Shown piece by piece: positions 1-10,655 of a stretch of 64,000 nt of DNA. The stretch comes from an uncultured delta proteobacterium. GTDB lineage: Bacteria; Desulfobacterota; Binatia; UBA9968. A program made the position numbers and the translations under genes. Under the pieces are notes generated by a model. That model was not told where the DNA came from. It made no database searches and saw only the letters and a program-made list of their open reading frames with translations. The stretch covers positions 60,638 to 124,637 of the forward strand of contig CAVWLW010000034.1 of assembly GCA_963755715.1 (NCBI GenBank). The letters run 5' to 3'. Positions within the stretch are counted from its first letter, which is position 1; each line of letters starts with the position of its first letter.

Positions 1-548
1 TGAATGCTCTGCCGGGCGCCGAGATCGTTCCGGCGATGGACCGGGGGCTTCTCGATGCCGCTGAGTTCAATAACGCGTCCTCCGATCGCGCTCTCGGCTT
101 TGCCGACGTCTCTAAGGTCTGCATGCTGCAGAGCTACCATCAGAACGCCGAGCAGTTCGAGATCCTATTCAACAAGACCAAGTTCGACGGCGCTGCCGGA
201 AAAGATGAGAGCGATCATCGCATATGCCGTTGACGCGGCGTCGGCGGACATGTCCTGGAAGGCCATCGACCGCTACTCGAAAGACTACATCGAGTTGCAG
301 ACCAAAGATAAGGTAAGGTTCTACCGGACGCCAGATTCGGTCCTGCAAAAGCAGCTGGAGATTTTCGACCAGGTGGAGGCGAAGAAGTCGGCCGAGCTTC
401 CCGCTTTTCAAAGAGGTCGCCGAATCGCAGCGCGCTTTTGCCGAGCGGGCGGTAAAGTGGGACCTCGACACGAACGTACCCCGCCGCATGGCCTACAACC
501 ACTATTTCGCCAAGCCAGCCGCCAAGCCGGCTGGCCAAGAAGGGCTAA
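1..548 (+). CDS. TRAP transporter substrate-binding protein (DctP/TakP-like), 5'-truncated by window edge, frameshifted
   Basis: Consecutive frames read NALPGAEIVPAMDRGLLDAAEFNN...EILFNKTKFD / ALPEKMRAII..YAVDAASADMSWK / FKEVAESQRAFAER; shifts near 190 and 400; lies upstream of DctQ and DctM; exact stop uncertain. Confidence 0.8.
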
Positions 549-623
549 ATCGCGGAAGCGATTGCGGCAATTCGCCAGTCATTCGGCAGTGACCGGATGA
601 CTGGCTTTTTTTCGAGAAAAATC

Positions 624-1332
624 ATGAACGCTCAAACGCTGCTCCGCATCATTGACCAGATCAGTTACTGGATCGGCAAAGCGTTTGCCTGGCTGATCTT
701 GGGATTGACCATGGTGGTTTCCATCGAGGTGTTCAAGCGCTACATCTTGAACGCGCCGACGTCCTGGATCTTCGATCTGAACAATATGCTCTACGGCACG
801 CTATTCATGATGTGCGGCGCCTACACCTTGGCGCTCGCCGGCCACGTGCGCGCTGACTTTGTCTATATCTATCTCAAACCGCGCGCCCAGGCCGGCACTC
901 GATCTCGCCTTGTATTTTCTGTTTTTTATCCCAGGCATCCTCGGGCTTATCTATGCGGGCTACGGCTACGCCGCCGATTCCTGGCGCATCGCGGAGCATT
1001 CGAATGTGACGGCAGAGGGTCCGCCCATCTACTACTTCAAAACAGTCATTCCGATCGCAGGAACATTTGTCATGCTTCAGGGCCTCGCTGAAATCGTCCG
1101 CTGTATTGTTTGCATTCGCACTGGCGCCTGGCCGGCGCGCTTGGACGATGTGGAAGAAATTGACGTTATCGAGACCCAACTCTCCCACAGCGAGTACGTG
1201 GACGAAGAGTCGCGCCTTGCTGCGATGGAGACGGCGCATGCCATCGACGACGCCGCGCGCCACCGCAGCGTAATGGAAGAAGGCGTGGTGCACGAGAGAG
1301 CAATCAAAGAAGACGAGCGGAACAAGCCATGA
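624..1332 (+). CDS. dctQ: TRAP transporter small permease (DctQ), frameshift near 895
   Basis: EVFKRYILNAPTSWIFD...GAYTLALAGHVRAD motif in ORF 597-1091 continues into ORF 859-1332 (4 TM segments). Confidence 0.85.
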
Positions 1333-3386
1333 GCGATCCAGTACTCGGCCTGACCATGCTGGGGCTCATTGTGGTTGCGATCATGATGGGTTTTCCCACG
1401 GCATTTACACTCATGGGCCTCGGCATGATCTTTGGTTACATCGCTTTCTGGGATCCGGCGCATCACTGGTGGCAGAGTCGGATCTTCGATCTTATGGTGC
1501 AACGGACGTACGGGGTGATGACGAATGACACCCTGCTATCGGTTCCGCTGTTTGTCTTCATGGGCTACATCATGGAGCGCGCGGCGCTCGTCGACCGCAT
1601 GTTTCATAGCGTCCAGCTTGCCTTCCGGGGCGTACCCGCCTCGCTCGCTGTGACCACCATGCTCGTGTCCGCGTTTTGGGGGATCGCCTCCGGCATCGTC
1701 GGCGCAGTGGTCGTGCTCATGGGCGTTATCGCGTTCCGACCAATGCTGAATGCCGGCTACGACGTCAAGCTCGCTTCGGGAGTCATTACCGCCGGCGGGA
1801 CGCTGGGCATCCTTATCCCACCCTCGGTGATGATTATCGTCTATGCCGCGGTGTCTGGGCAGTCGATCGTGAAGCTCTATGCCGCCGCCATGCTGCCGGG
1901 CTTCTTTCTCACCTTCCTCTATCTCGTGTACATCCTCGGCTGGGCGATCATCAATCCGAAGATCGCGCCCAAGCTGTCGGCCGACCAGTACAGGGTCACG
2001 GTCCCGGATTGGATCAAGCGGCTCGAGAGCAAACGCTCACGCAGCATCGTCCCCCGCCTCATCGCTGCCGCGTTTCGACCAAGCCTGGTGCGTGACACAA
2101 CGACGCCAGACGGCCAACCGGTAGGCTATGGCCTCATCCTGAACAACGTGCTCGCGCTCCTGGTGCCGGTGGCGCTCACAGTCGGTACTTATGGTGCAAC
2201 CTGGTGGTATGTGGTCATCTACAACGCCCCGGCGGCGCAAATTACATCCGTCGCTGCGCCTCTGGCCGGGCCCGCCGCGCCCACTCAGGCCGCTACGGAG
2301 CCGCCGGTCGCGGTGACCGCGCCCACCGCGGAAAAGCCACAGGAACTCGGAGAGGCGGAATCTGAGGTCCGAGGGACTGAGGCTCCGCGCGCGGCGGATG
2401 CGCCGCCCGAGGAAATGACGACGCTCGGGGAGTCGACGACCCAATCAATAGCGGGCAAGGTTCCGGCGCATTTTTACCAATGGTTTTGGGGGTTGGCGGC
2501 GGTCTCCGCGCTCCTGCTTGCCATCTATCTCTGGCGCATGGACGGCGAACAGTTCGAGATCTTGAAGGAGCTATCGGCATCGGTGGTCCCCCTCGGCGTC
2601 CTCACGTTCGTGGTGCTCGCGGTGATCTTGTTCGGCATCTGCACCGCAACCGAGTCGGCGGCTATCGGCGCCCTCGGCGCGATGTATCTCGCGGTGATGA
2701 CGAAATACCTGCGCGAGGTCCTATGGTGGAGTCTCGTGGGCGCGCTTATTGGCGTCGCGCTCGGCTGGTACGAGGGCGAGGACTTCGCGTCGCTGCTCGT
2801 AGCCGCCTCGATCGGAGGGACGCTCGTGGGCACCGTCGTGCCCGGGCTCTGGAATCTCAGAGCCTCGCCGGAGCTTCGGCAGAACATGAAGGAAGCGACG
2901 TTTCTCACGGCCAAAACGACTGCGATGGTGTGCTGGCTGTTCATCGGCTCGGCGCTGTTCTCCGCCGTGTTCGCGCTGCACGGCGGCCAAGGATTAATCG
3001 AACGCTGGGTGCTTGGCATGAACTTGTCGCCGTTGGGATTCTTGTTTATCTCTCAAATGATCATTTTCTTGCTTGGTTGGCCGCTCGAATGGACTGAGAT
3101 CATCGTTATCTTTTGTCCTATTTTCATTCCGCTGCTGAGTCATTTCAAGGTCGATCCGATCCTGTTCGGCACCATGGTGGCGGTGAATCTCCAGGCAGCG
3201 TTTCTGTCGCCGCCAGTGGCGATGTCGGCCTTCTATCTTAAGGGTGTGGCGCCGAAACATGTTACGCTGAATCAAATCTTCGCCGGCATGATGCCCTACA
3301 TGATCATCGTCTGCATCTGCCTCGTGTTCATGTACATCTGGCCGGGCATGACGCTTTGGTTGCCGGAGTTTTTGTATGGAAATTGA
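1329..3386 (+). CDS. dctM: TRAP transporter large permease (DctM) with internal Pro/Ala-rich insertion
   Basis: GFPTAF, GTLGILIPPS, GICTATESAAIG, AFLSPPVA motifs; ATGA overlap with dctQ. Confidence 0.92.
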   Translation: MSDPVLGLTMLGLIVVAIMMGFPTAFTLMGLGMIFGYIAFWDPAHHWWQSRIFDLMVQRTYGVMTNDTLLSVPLFVFMGYIMERAALVDRMFHSVQLAFRGVPASLAVTTMLVSAFWGIASGIVGAVVVLMGVIAFRPMLNAGYDVKLASGVITAGGTLGILIPPSVMIIVYAAVSGQSIVKLYAAAMLPGFFLTFLYLVYILGWAIINPKIAPKLSADQYRVTVPDWIKRLESKRSRSIVPRLIAAAFRPSLVRDTTTPDGQPVGYGLILNNVLALLVPVALTVGTYGATWWYVVIYNAPAAQITSVAAPLAGPAAPTQAATEPPVAVTAPTAEKPQELGEAESEVRGTEAPRAADAPPEEMTTLGESTTQSIAGKVPAHFYQWFWGLAAVSALLLAIYLWRMDGEQFEILKELSASVVPLGVLTFVVLAVILFGICTATESAAIGALGAMYLAVMTKYLREVLWWSLVGALIGVALGWYEGEDFASLLVAASIGGTLVGTVVPGLWNLRASPELRQNMKEATFLTAKTTAMVCWLFIGSALFSAVFALHGGQGLIERWVLGMNLSPLGFLFISQMIIFLLGWPLEWTEIIVIFCPIFIPLLSHFKVDPILFGTMVAVNLQAAFLSPPVAMSAFYLKGVAPKHVTLNQIFAGMMPYMIIVCICLVFMYIWPGMTLWLPEFLYGN

Positions 3387-3393
3387 TCTGCAG

Positions 3394-3421
3394 GTAGGGG
3401 CGATTCATGAATCGCCCCTAC
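3394..3421. repeat. GTAG-type REP palindrome
   Basis: Perfect 28-bp palindrome GTAGGGGCGATTCATGAATCGCCCCTAC between dctM and amidase. Confidence 0.75.
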
Positions 3422-3437
3422 GGTTCGCAATCAGACG

Positions 3438-4780
3438 ATGGGCCTAACCGATCTTCATCTGCTCTCCGCAACCGAGGCAGCCCGCCTGATCCGCGACGGA
3501 ATAATTAGCTCGGAACAATTCGTCGAAGCTTGCCTGGCGCGCATCCGTGAAATCGATCCGCAGGTTCAAGCCTGGGCGTTTCTCGACCCCGATCACGCTC
3601 TCGCGCAAGCCCGCGCGGCGGACGTGCTTCGTTTGAGCGGTCAACCGATCGGTCCGCTGCACGGTGTGCCGGTCGCGATCAAAGATATTTTCGATACCGC
3701 CGACATGCCGACCGAATATGGCTCGCCGATTTACGCCGGGCGCACGCCGTCGCGCGACGCGACGGTCGTTTCGCTGCTGCGCGCAGCCGGCGCGGTGATC
3801 ATCGGCAAAACAGTTACAACGGAGTTTGCCTACTTTTCCCCTGGCAAGACGCGCAATCCGCACAACCCCGAGCACACTCCGGGCGGCTCTTCGAGCGGTT
3901 CGGCCGCCGCGGTCGGCGCCAACATGGTGCCGCTCGCGATCGGCAGCCAAACCAACGGTTCGACGATTCGGCCTGCGGCGTATTGCGGTGTCGTCGGCTT
4001 CAAGCCAACGCACGGGCTGATCTCACGCCATCGCGCGTTCGCGCTGTCGCGCACACTCGATCATGTCGGGCTGTTCGCGCGTTCGATCGACGACATTGCG
4101 TTGCTCGCCGAGCAATTGACCGGCTATGACGAAAATGATCCCGACATGCGCCCACGGGCGCGGATTCCGTTTATTGAAGTTGCCGCCGAAGACCCGCCGC
4201 TACCGCCGATGTTTGCGTTCGTCAAAACGCCCGTCTGGGAACGCGCCGATGAAGATACCAAAGAGGGGTTTGCCGAAATCGAACGAACATCTCGGCAGCA
4301 CAGCTTGAAGAAGTCGAACTTTTTCCTTCGGCGCTCGATGCCTGGCAATTTCATCACAAGATAATGAGCTCCGAGATGGCGACGAACCTTGAGCGCGAAT
4401 GGGAAAAAAGCCGTGATCGTTTGTCGGCGCAGCTGCGACTGCAGATCGAGCGCGGCCGTGAAGTGCGCGCCGTCGAATATCAGCAAGCGCTGCGCCAGAT
4501 TGCACCGATACACGAAAGCTTCGTCGAGCTGTTCGAGCAGCGTTATGACGCGATCATAACGCCAGCGGCGCCAAGCGCCGCGCCGAAAGGGCTGGATGCC
4601 ACCGGTGACCCGTCGTTCTGCACGCTCTGGACGCTTTGCGGCATGCCATGCGTCAGCTTACCGCTGCTTCAAAGCGCGGACGGTTTACCGATCGGCGTGC
4701 AACTGGTTGGGCCGCGTGACGGAGACGCGAGGCTGCTGCGGACGGCGCGCTGGCTGGCGGCGAAGATGGCCGCGGCGTGA
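3438..4780 (+). CDS. Amidase signature family protein, frameshifted near 4280-4300
   Basis: GPLHGVPVAIKD, PGGSSSGSAAAV, GSQTNGSTIRPAAYCG; C-terminal GLPIGVQLVG in ORF 4364-4780. Confidence 0.9.
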
Positions 4781-4802
4781 ATCGTTATAACGATGAAAGA
4801 TT

Positions 4803-4827
4803 TAGGGCGACCGCCGGTCGCCCCTAC
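4803..4827. repeat. REP-like hairpin, possible bidirectional terminator
   Basis: TAGGGCGACC-GCC-GGTCGCCCCTAC between convergent genes; shares outer arms with 3394-3421. Confidence 0.6.
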
Positions 4828-4850
4828 AGATCCGCGCTTTGCCGCAAATC

Positions 4851-5216
4851 CTAATCTTTCGACAGCTCGACGCGATTTCCGTTCGGGTCGGTGATGTAAA
4901 CCGAATAGCCCGGGCCTTTGCCGTGCACGCGCGTTTCTTCGACTTTGATCCCTTTGGCTTCGAGCTCTTTGATCAATTCTTTGGAGTCGCTCGGCCCATC
5001 AATGTCGAACGTGTGATGGGGCACGCCGGTAAATTGCTTTTCCGAAGCATCGAACAGGCCGAGACCGGTTTCGCCGGCGCGTAAGCGGTTGACTTTAACC
5101 CCGGCGAGGGTCTGCTGCGCGCCTAGCTCCGCGCCCAAGGCGAGCTGATAAAAGCGCGTCATGGCGTCTAAGTTTGGCGCGTGAAAATTCCATGAACGCA
5201 GTCGCAATACTTTCAT
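4851..5216 (-). CDS. VOC/glyoxalase family protein
   Basis: NLDAMTRFY...LG, HHTF, SVYITDPNGNRVEL motif; GGAGG SD. Confidence 0.85.
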   Translation of the reverse strand: MKVLRLRSWNFHAPNLDAMTRFYQLALGAELGAQQTLAGVKVNRLRAGETGLGLFDASEKQFTGVPHHTFDIDGPSDSKELIKELEAKGIKVEETRVHGKGPGYSVYITDPNGNRVELSKD

Positions 5217-5291
5217 AACAACCTCCTAACTAAACTGTTTGTGAAAAAATATTTCTATACCGCGTGAGCACATGGTTCGCTGCATCGATAG

Positions 5292-6138
5292 CTACTTGAC
5301 CGCGCCCATGGTGAAGCCGGCGATAAACCGATCGACGAAGAAATTGTAGAGAATCGCGATCGGCACGCTGGCGATGAAGCAGCCGGCCATCAGCGAGCCC
5401 CAGAAATAGACGTCGCCGTGCACTAAGAAAGTCGGCACGCCGACGCCGACGGTCATATTGCGCACGGAAGAAATAAAAGTCACGGCATAAACAAATTCCT
5501 GCATCACGAGAGTGAAGCTGAAGATCGCCACCGTCAGTATGCCGGAAAGCGAGATCGGGACGACCACTTTGATGAACGCGCCCAAGACGGCTGCAGCCGT
5601 CGATCATGGCGGCTTCTTCGACGTCTCTTGGGATCGCTTTGAAAAAGCCCATCATCAGCCACGCGGAGAACGGCACTGTGAAGGATGGATAGACCAACAC
5701 GAGAGACCAGAGCGAATCGTCCAAATTTAAATTAACCACGACGCGCGACAACGGAATGAACAAAAGCGTCGGAGGAACCAAATAGGTGAGAAAGATGCTG
5801 ATCCCCAACTTCGCGCCCCAATTTCCCGTGAGCCGCGCCAAAGCGTAACCGGCGGGGATCGCGAGCGCGAGCGTAATCAGCACGACCAGGACACCGACGA
5901 AGACAGTATTCAGGAGCCACTGGCCGTAGAGGGTTTCGTAAAACAGCCGATGGATATGTTCGAAGGTTGGCCATTCGTAGAATAAAAACGGATTGTGCTT
6001 AAGGTCATACAAGTCGGAAGTTCGCTTGAACGTCGTGATGAGCATCCAGACAAACGGAAAAGCGAAAAAGAAGGTGAGCGTGCCGAGGATACCCCAGCGG
6101 GTCGATCGCGCGCCCCAGAGTTTGATTCGTTCGATCAT
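5292..6138 (-). CDS. Carbohydrate ABC transporter permease (MalG-like), frameshift near 5585
   Basis: IPRDVEEAAMIDG EAA loop; C-terminus in ORF 5292-5585 (FIAGFTMGAVK). Confidence 0.88.
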
Positions 6139-6142
6139 CGCT

Positions 6143-7090
6143 TTACGTGACCTCAGCGCGGTGCGCGATGATTAAGAAGCCCAACGCCACGGCGAGGAGC
6201 AAAGGAAAAAGAAATAAGGCAATCGCCGCGCCTTCGGCCAAGTCGCCGCCGGCAATGCCGGTGTAAAATGCCAGGCTGGCCAGCACCTGAGTCGTGTCGA
6301 ACGGCCCGCCGCGGGTGAGGTTATAAATGATGACCATGTCGGTGAAGGTGAAAATCAATCCGAAGAGCAGTGCAACTAAGCTGATCGGCAGAACGAGCGG
6401 CAGCGTGATTTGAAAAAAATGACGCCAAAACCCGGCGCCATCGACGGCCGCAGCATCATGAATATCCTGCGGAATCGAGCCGTAGCCGGCGAGCAAAATG
6501 ACCGTGGCAAGAGGCAACTGGCGCCAAACGTGGACGGCGATAACTGAGCCCATCGCGAGGTGCGGCAATCCCAACCACATGAAACCCTGTCCATGGATCA
6601 ATCCCGTAAGCCGCAGCATCCAATTCAATACGCTGTAGGTCGAGTCGAAGATCCACAGCCAAGCAATAGTTCCGATGGAGATCGGCGCCACCCACGGCAG
6701 AAGAATAAGAAATCGGATCAGCCGTCTGCCGGGAAATTCATGCTGCAGCGCCAACGCGAGCGCGTTACTGAGCACCAAGATCACAGCCTGAGAGATTAAG
6801 CCAAAGACAATCGTGTTCTTCAGAGCAGTCTGGAACTTGGGCGTGCCGATGACCGCGGTGAAATTGCGCAGCCCGACGAAGCCCATTGTGCCGCCGCCTG
6901 TGGTGGTGTTGCTGACGCTATAATAGAGCGCCATGAAAAACGGCACTCCGACGAGCAGAAAGATGTATAGGACCGCGGGGCCGATGAGGAGCGGCCCGAG
7001 CCAGCGCTCGCTATCAAGAATAGCAACGCCGCGCTTTTGCTCGGCAAACGAGCTTTGCGCCGCTGGCGTGATCGGAACAGGGGATTTCAT
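6143..7090 (-). CDS. Carbohydrate ABC transporter permease (MalF-like)
   Basis: FVGLRNF, IPQDIHDAAAVDGA, LTRGGP motifs. Confidence 0.9.
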   Translation of the reverse strand: MKSPVPITPAAQSSFAEQKRGVAILDSERWLGPLLIGPAVLYIFLLVGVPFFMALYYSVSNTTTGGGTMGFVGLRNFTAVIGTPKFQTALKNTIVFGLISQAVILVLSNALALALQHEFPGRRLIRFLILLPWVAPISIGTIAWLWIFDSTYSVLNWMLRLTGLIHGQGFMWLGLPHLAMGSVIAVHVWRQLPLATVILLAGYGSIPQDIHDAAAVDGAGFWRHFFQITLPLVLPISLVALLFGLIFTFTDMVIIYNLTRGGPFDTTQVLASLAFYTGIAGGDLAEGAAIALFLFPLLLAVALGFLIIAHRAEVT

Positions 7091-7098
7091 GGGCGCGC

Positions 7099-8127
7099 TC
7101 AGACCGGTCGCGGCGCGATGCGCAGCTCGGTCGCAGTGTCGAAAAATTTTAGCTCGCTTTCCGGCACGGTAAAATCATAGCTGGTTGCGGGCTCGATTTT
7201 AACCGTAACCGTGGCGGGCAAGCGGGCGATAACTTTTTGCTCTGAAAAGTCGCCTATTAAATTTCCGTAAATTAGACGATCGGCGCCGAGATACTCGACG
7301 CGGGTCACGCTGAAACGGAACGCGACGACTTTCGTGTTACCGTTCAAAATTTTAGGATGAAAATTTTCCGGCCGAAAGCCGAGAGTGTAGTCGCGATGAC
7401 GTACCAGATTCATCGGCGGCGAACCGACGAAACCGGCGACGAAAGTATCGGCCGGCTCATCGTAGATCTCTTGCGGCGTGCCGATCTGGCGCACGGTGCC
7501 GGCTTTCATCACGACGATGCGATCGCCCAGGCCCATGGCTTCGACCTGATCGTGGGTTACGTAAATCGTCGTCGTGCCGATGCGGCGCTGAAATTGTTGC
7601 AGCTCGTCGCGCGCCGAGGCGCGCAGCTGCGCGTCGAGATTGGAAAGCGGTTCGTCGAGTAGGAAAACCGAGGGCTCGCGCACCAGCGCGCGGGCGAGCG
7701 CGACCCGCTGGCGCTCCCCACCGGAAAGCTCGCGCGGCTTGCGTTGTAGCAAATGGCCGATGCCAAAAAGCGCAGCGGCCCAGTCGACCTTTTGCGGAAT
7801 CAGCGCTTTGCTCATCCGCTGCGCCTTCAATGGAAAGGCGATATTCTTAAAAACAGTCATGTGGGGATAAAGGGCGTAGCTCTGAAACACCATGGCGATT
7901 TTCCGCGCGCGCGGCGGCAAATCGTTCACTACTGTTCCGCCGATGAGCAGCTCGCCATCCGTGGGCTTTTCAAAGCCTGCGATCATGCGCAGAAGCGTGC
8001 TTTTGCCGCAGCCCGAAGGACCGAGCAGCACGAGGAATTCTCCGTCTCTGGTAAGTAGGTTAATCCCATTCACCGCGGCAATGTCGCCGAAAAATTTTCT
8101 GATTTCGCGTGTCTCGACTGTGGCCAT
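7099..8127 (-). CDS. Sugar ABC transporter ATP-binding protein (MalK/UgpC-like)
   Basis: Walker A GPSGCGKST, LSGGERQRVA, LLDEPLSNLD, HDQVEA; start placed at MATVET. Confidence 0.92.
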   Translation of the reverse strand: MATVETREIRKFFGDIAAVNGINLLTRDGEFLVLLGPSGCGKSTLLRMIAGFEKPTDGELLIGGTVVNDLPPRARKIAMVFQSYALYPHMTVFKNIAFPLKAQRMSKALIPQKVDWAAALFGIGHLLQRKPRELSGGERQRVALARALVREPSVFLLDEPLSNLDAQLRASARDELQQFQRRIGTTTIYVTHDQVEAMGLGDRIVVMKAGTVRQIGTPQEIYDEPADTFVAGFVGSPPMNLVRHRDYTLGFRPENFHPKILNGNTKVVAFRFSVTRVEYLGADRLIYGNLIGDFSEQKVIARLPATVTVKIEPATSYDFTVPESELKFFDTATELRIAPRPV

Positions 8128-8180
8128 GAGATTCTGAATCTCTACTTTGCGTTTGCCTCGTGGATTAGTTACCCATGCAA

Positions 8181-8217
8181 AGAAAAGGAGACGCCGAACT
8201 CCGGAGTCTCCTTTTCT
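8181..8217. terminator. Intra-operon hairpin after the solute-binding gene
   Basis: AGAAAAGGAGAC...GTCTCCTTTTCT 12-bp inverted repeat. Confidence 0.5.
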
Positions 8218-8264
8218 GATGAACACCGCGCGGCCCGGTGCCGCCTTCGCGGGCGACTGCGAAT

Positions 8265-9614
8265 TTAAATCAGCTTGCGCTCGCGCCACTTATCCCAGAT
8301 ACGCCTGCATTCGGACTCGGCCTCTTTAACCGCATCCTCGGGGCTCAGCACGCCCTGCGCGGCTTTAGCGAACATCACGTTGATGACCCATTTCTGATAA
8401 ACTTCGTCGATGGCGGCGTTGGCATAACCCGGGTAGCCGATGTTGGTGGCCCAACTCAGCACATCCTCCAGGACCTTGTACTTGTCAGGCGGGTTAGCCT
8501 TGCTGTCTTTGCTAAGCAGTTGCTTGAGGTCGGGGACGGTGCGTTGATAGCAGGGAAAGTTGTAAAACTCGCCGTTCAAAAACGCCTGGCGAAAGTTGCC
8601 CACGTAATCGATCAGAAATTTTTTGGCGCCGTCGATGTTCTCGGCGAACTTCCAAATTACGTAAACATCCATCACGTGTTCGAGGCCGATCCGGCGCACC
8701 GGCCCGGCAGCAGCCTTAGCCAAATGGATTTTCTCGGCAAACGCCGGGTTGTCTTTTTCTCCCGTGCGGGTGATCGAAATCGCATTCAGCGCTAATGAGA
8801 CTGTACCAGCAAGCATAGCGCGGTTGTTTGAAGACGGGTCCCAAGTAAACACTTCCGGCGTCATAGCCTCTTGAAACAACGCCTTAACGAACTTCACCGC
8901 CTCGACCGTGTTTTTCGAGTTCAAGGCCAGATAGCCGGCGGCATCCTGCTCGTGGGCGCCGAACGAATACATGATAGTGCGCATGGCCATGGCGGTATCG
9001 AGCTCCTGCGCCAAGCCAATGCCCAACGGGATGTTGTGTTTCTGTTTGATCTTGCGACCGCCGTCGAGGATTTTTTCCCAGCTATCGGGCACCACGCCGA
9101 CCTCGTCCCAGAGATCTTTACGCCAGTTGATCGGATCGGGCACAAAGGAGGGGGAGAAGCCGAAGTATTTCTTAGTTTTGGGATTGAAGGTGCTCTTGGT
9201 CGCAAGATCAATGGGCTTGCCGTATTTTTTCTCGCACTCGGCGTGGACGTCCTTCATATCAACCACTTGTTCCTCGTAGAATGGCGGCGGCCACTCAAAG
9301 AGGAAGAGATCATGGCCTTTTTGGGCCGACGCCTCGGCAGCCGCGCGAGCGGCTAATCCGGGGAGCCCGATATTGTCGACGGTCACCTCGGTGTTATTTT
9401 TCTCACCCCACTCTTTGATGTATTTCTCATTGAACCACTTGTCGTATGCGGGGACGAAGTGCACCCACTGGAGAATTTTTAAAGTCTTCTTCGCGGCGGC
9501 GCCGTGAGACCGCCCGGGCAAAATCAAAGGCGCGCCCAGCCCGGCAGTGAACGCCCCAGCTGCAGCCGTTTTGATGAAATCGCGTCGGGTGAATCGTTTT
9601 TTTGCCATTGCCAT
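8265..9614 (-). CDS. Extracellular solute-binding protein (sugar ABC, family 1) with Tat signal
   Basis: TRRDFIK twin-arginine motif; first gene of the ABC operon. Confidence 0.88.
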   Translation of the reverse strand: MAMAKKRFTRRDFIKTAAAGAFTAGLGAPLILPGRSHGAAAKKTLKILQWVHFVPAYDKWFNEKYIKEWGEKNNTEVTVDNIGLPGLAARAAAEASAQKGHDLFLFEWPPPFYEEQVVDMKDVHAECEKKYGKPIDLATKSTFNPKTKKYFGFSPSFVPDPINWRKDLWDEVGVVPDSWEKILDGGRKIKQKHNIPLGIGLAQELDTAMAMRTIMYSFGAHEQDAAGYLALNSKNTVEAVKFVKALFQEAMTPEVFTWDPSSNNRAMLAGTVSLALNAISITRTGEKDNPAFAEKIHLAKAAAGPVRRIGLEHVMDVYVIWKFAENIDGAKKFLIDYVGNFRQAFLNGEFYNFPCYQRTVPDLKQLLSKDSKANPPDKYKVLEDVLSWATNIGYPGYANAAIDEVYQKWVINVMFAKAAQGVLSPEDAVKEAESECRRIWDKWRERKLI

Positions 9615-9800
9615 GCCTCCTTTTTGTCGGAACGTTCTCACTCGAAGATTAGCGCATCGCGAATCTAGCTAAACGCCACCAGGTGGCCACGGTATTTCAC
9701 CTCCGAAACATAATAGTGCTAGTACGACGTCAATTTCAAATTCGGCTCTTCGTCCGTTCGAACGGATCCGATTTTAAAAACTAAAGCTCCGCTTGTTCGT

Positions 9801-10649
9801 TCAACCGACATGGCTCCAGGCGTGATAGGAGCTGCGCACCAATGGGCCGGACTCGACGTGACGAAAGCCCAATTGGTCGGCCGCCACTTTGAACTGCTGA
9901 AACTCTTCCGGCGTTACGTAGCGTTCGACTTTGAGCTGGCGATCAGACGGCTGCAGATATTGGCCGATGGTGACGATGTCGACGTCGTTGTTCCGCAAAT
10001 CTCGCAGCGTGGTCATGATTTCTTCGGCGGTCTCGCCGACGCCGACCATGAAACCGGATTTCGTCAGCATCCCGCTGCGCAGCTTTTTCGCTTCTTTTAA
10101 GATATTCAGCGAGCACTCGTAAGTATGGCCCGGGCGGACTTTGCCGTAAAGGCGCGGCACGGTTTCGATATTGTGATTGAGAATTTCGATGCCTGAATTG
10201 ACCACCGCTTCGAGCGCTTGCAAGTTGCCGTCGAAGTCGGGAATGAGCAGCTCCACGCGGATGCCAGGGTTGAGCGACTTGATCCAGAAAACCGTCTTGG
10301 CGAAATGCGCCGCGCCGCCGTCGGGAAGATCGTCGCGATTGACCGAAGTGACGACGATGTGATCCAAGCCGAGATCTTTGACGACGAGGCCGACGTTGCG
10401 CGGCTCTTCGGGGTCGAGCGCGAGCGGCTTGCCCTTATCGATGGCACAAAAACGGCAGCCGCGCGTGCAAGTGTCGCCGAGAATCAAAAACGTCGCTGTC
10501 TTGTTGCCCCAGCACTCACCGATGTTCGGGCAGCGCGCTTCTTCGCAAACCGTGTGCAGGTTTTTCTCGCGCATGAGCCGTTTGAGGCGAAGGTAGTTGG
10601 GATTACCCGGCGCTTTGACTTTGATCCAGTCGGGATGTCGGCGCGGCAT
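9801..10649 (-). CDS. lipA: Lipoyl synthase
   Basis: CEEARCPNIGEC, CTRGCRFC, RSSYHA motifs. Confidence 0.97.
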   Translation of the reverse strand: MPRRHPDWIKVKAPGNPNYLRLKRLMREKNLHTVCEEARCPNIGECWGNKTATFLILGDTCTRGCRFCAIDKGKPLALDPEEPRNVGLVVKDLGLDHIVVTSVNRDDLPDGGAAHFAKTVFWIKSLNPGIRVELLIPDFDGNLQALEAVVNSGIEILNHNIETVPRLYGKVRPGHTYECSLNILKEAKKLRSGMLTKSGFMVGVGETAEEIMTTLRDLRNNDVDIVTIGQYLQPSDRQLKVERYVTPEEFQQFKVAADQLGFRHVESGPLVRSSYHAWSHVG

Positions 10650-10655
10650 GGTCGT

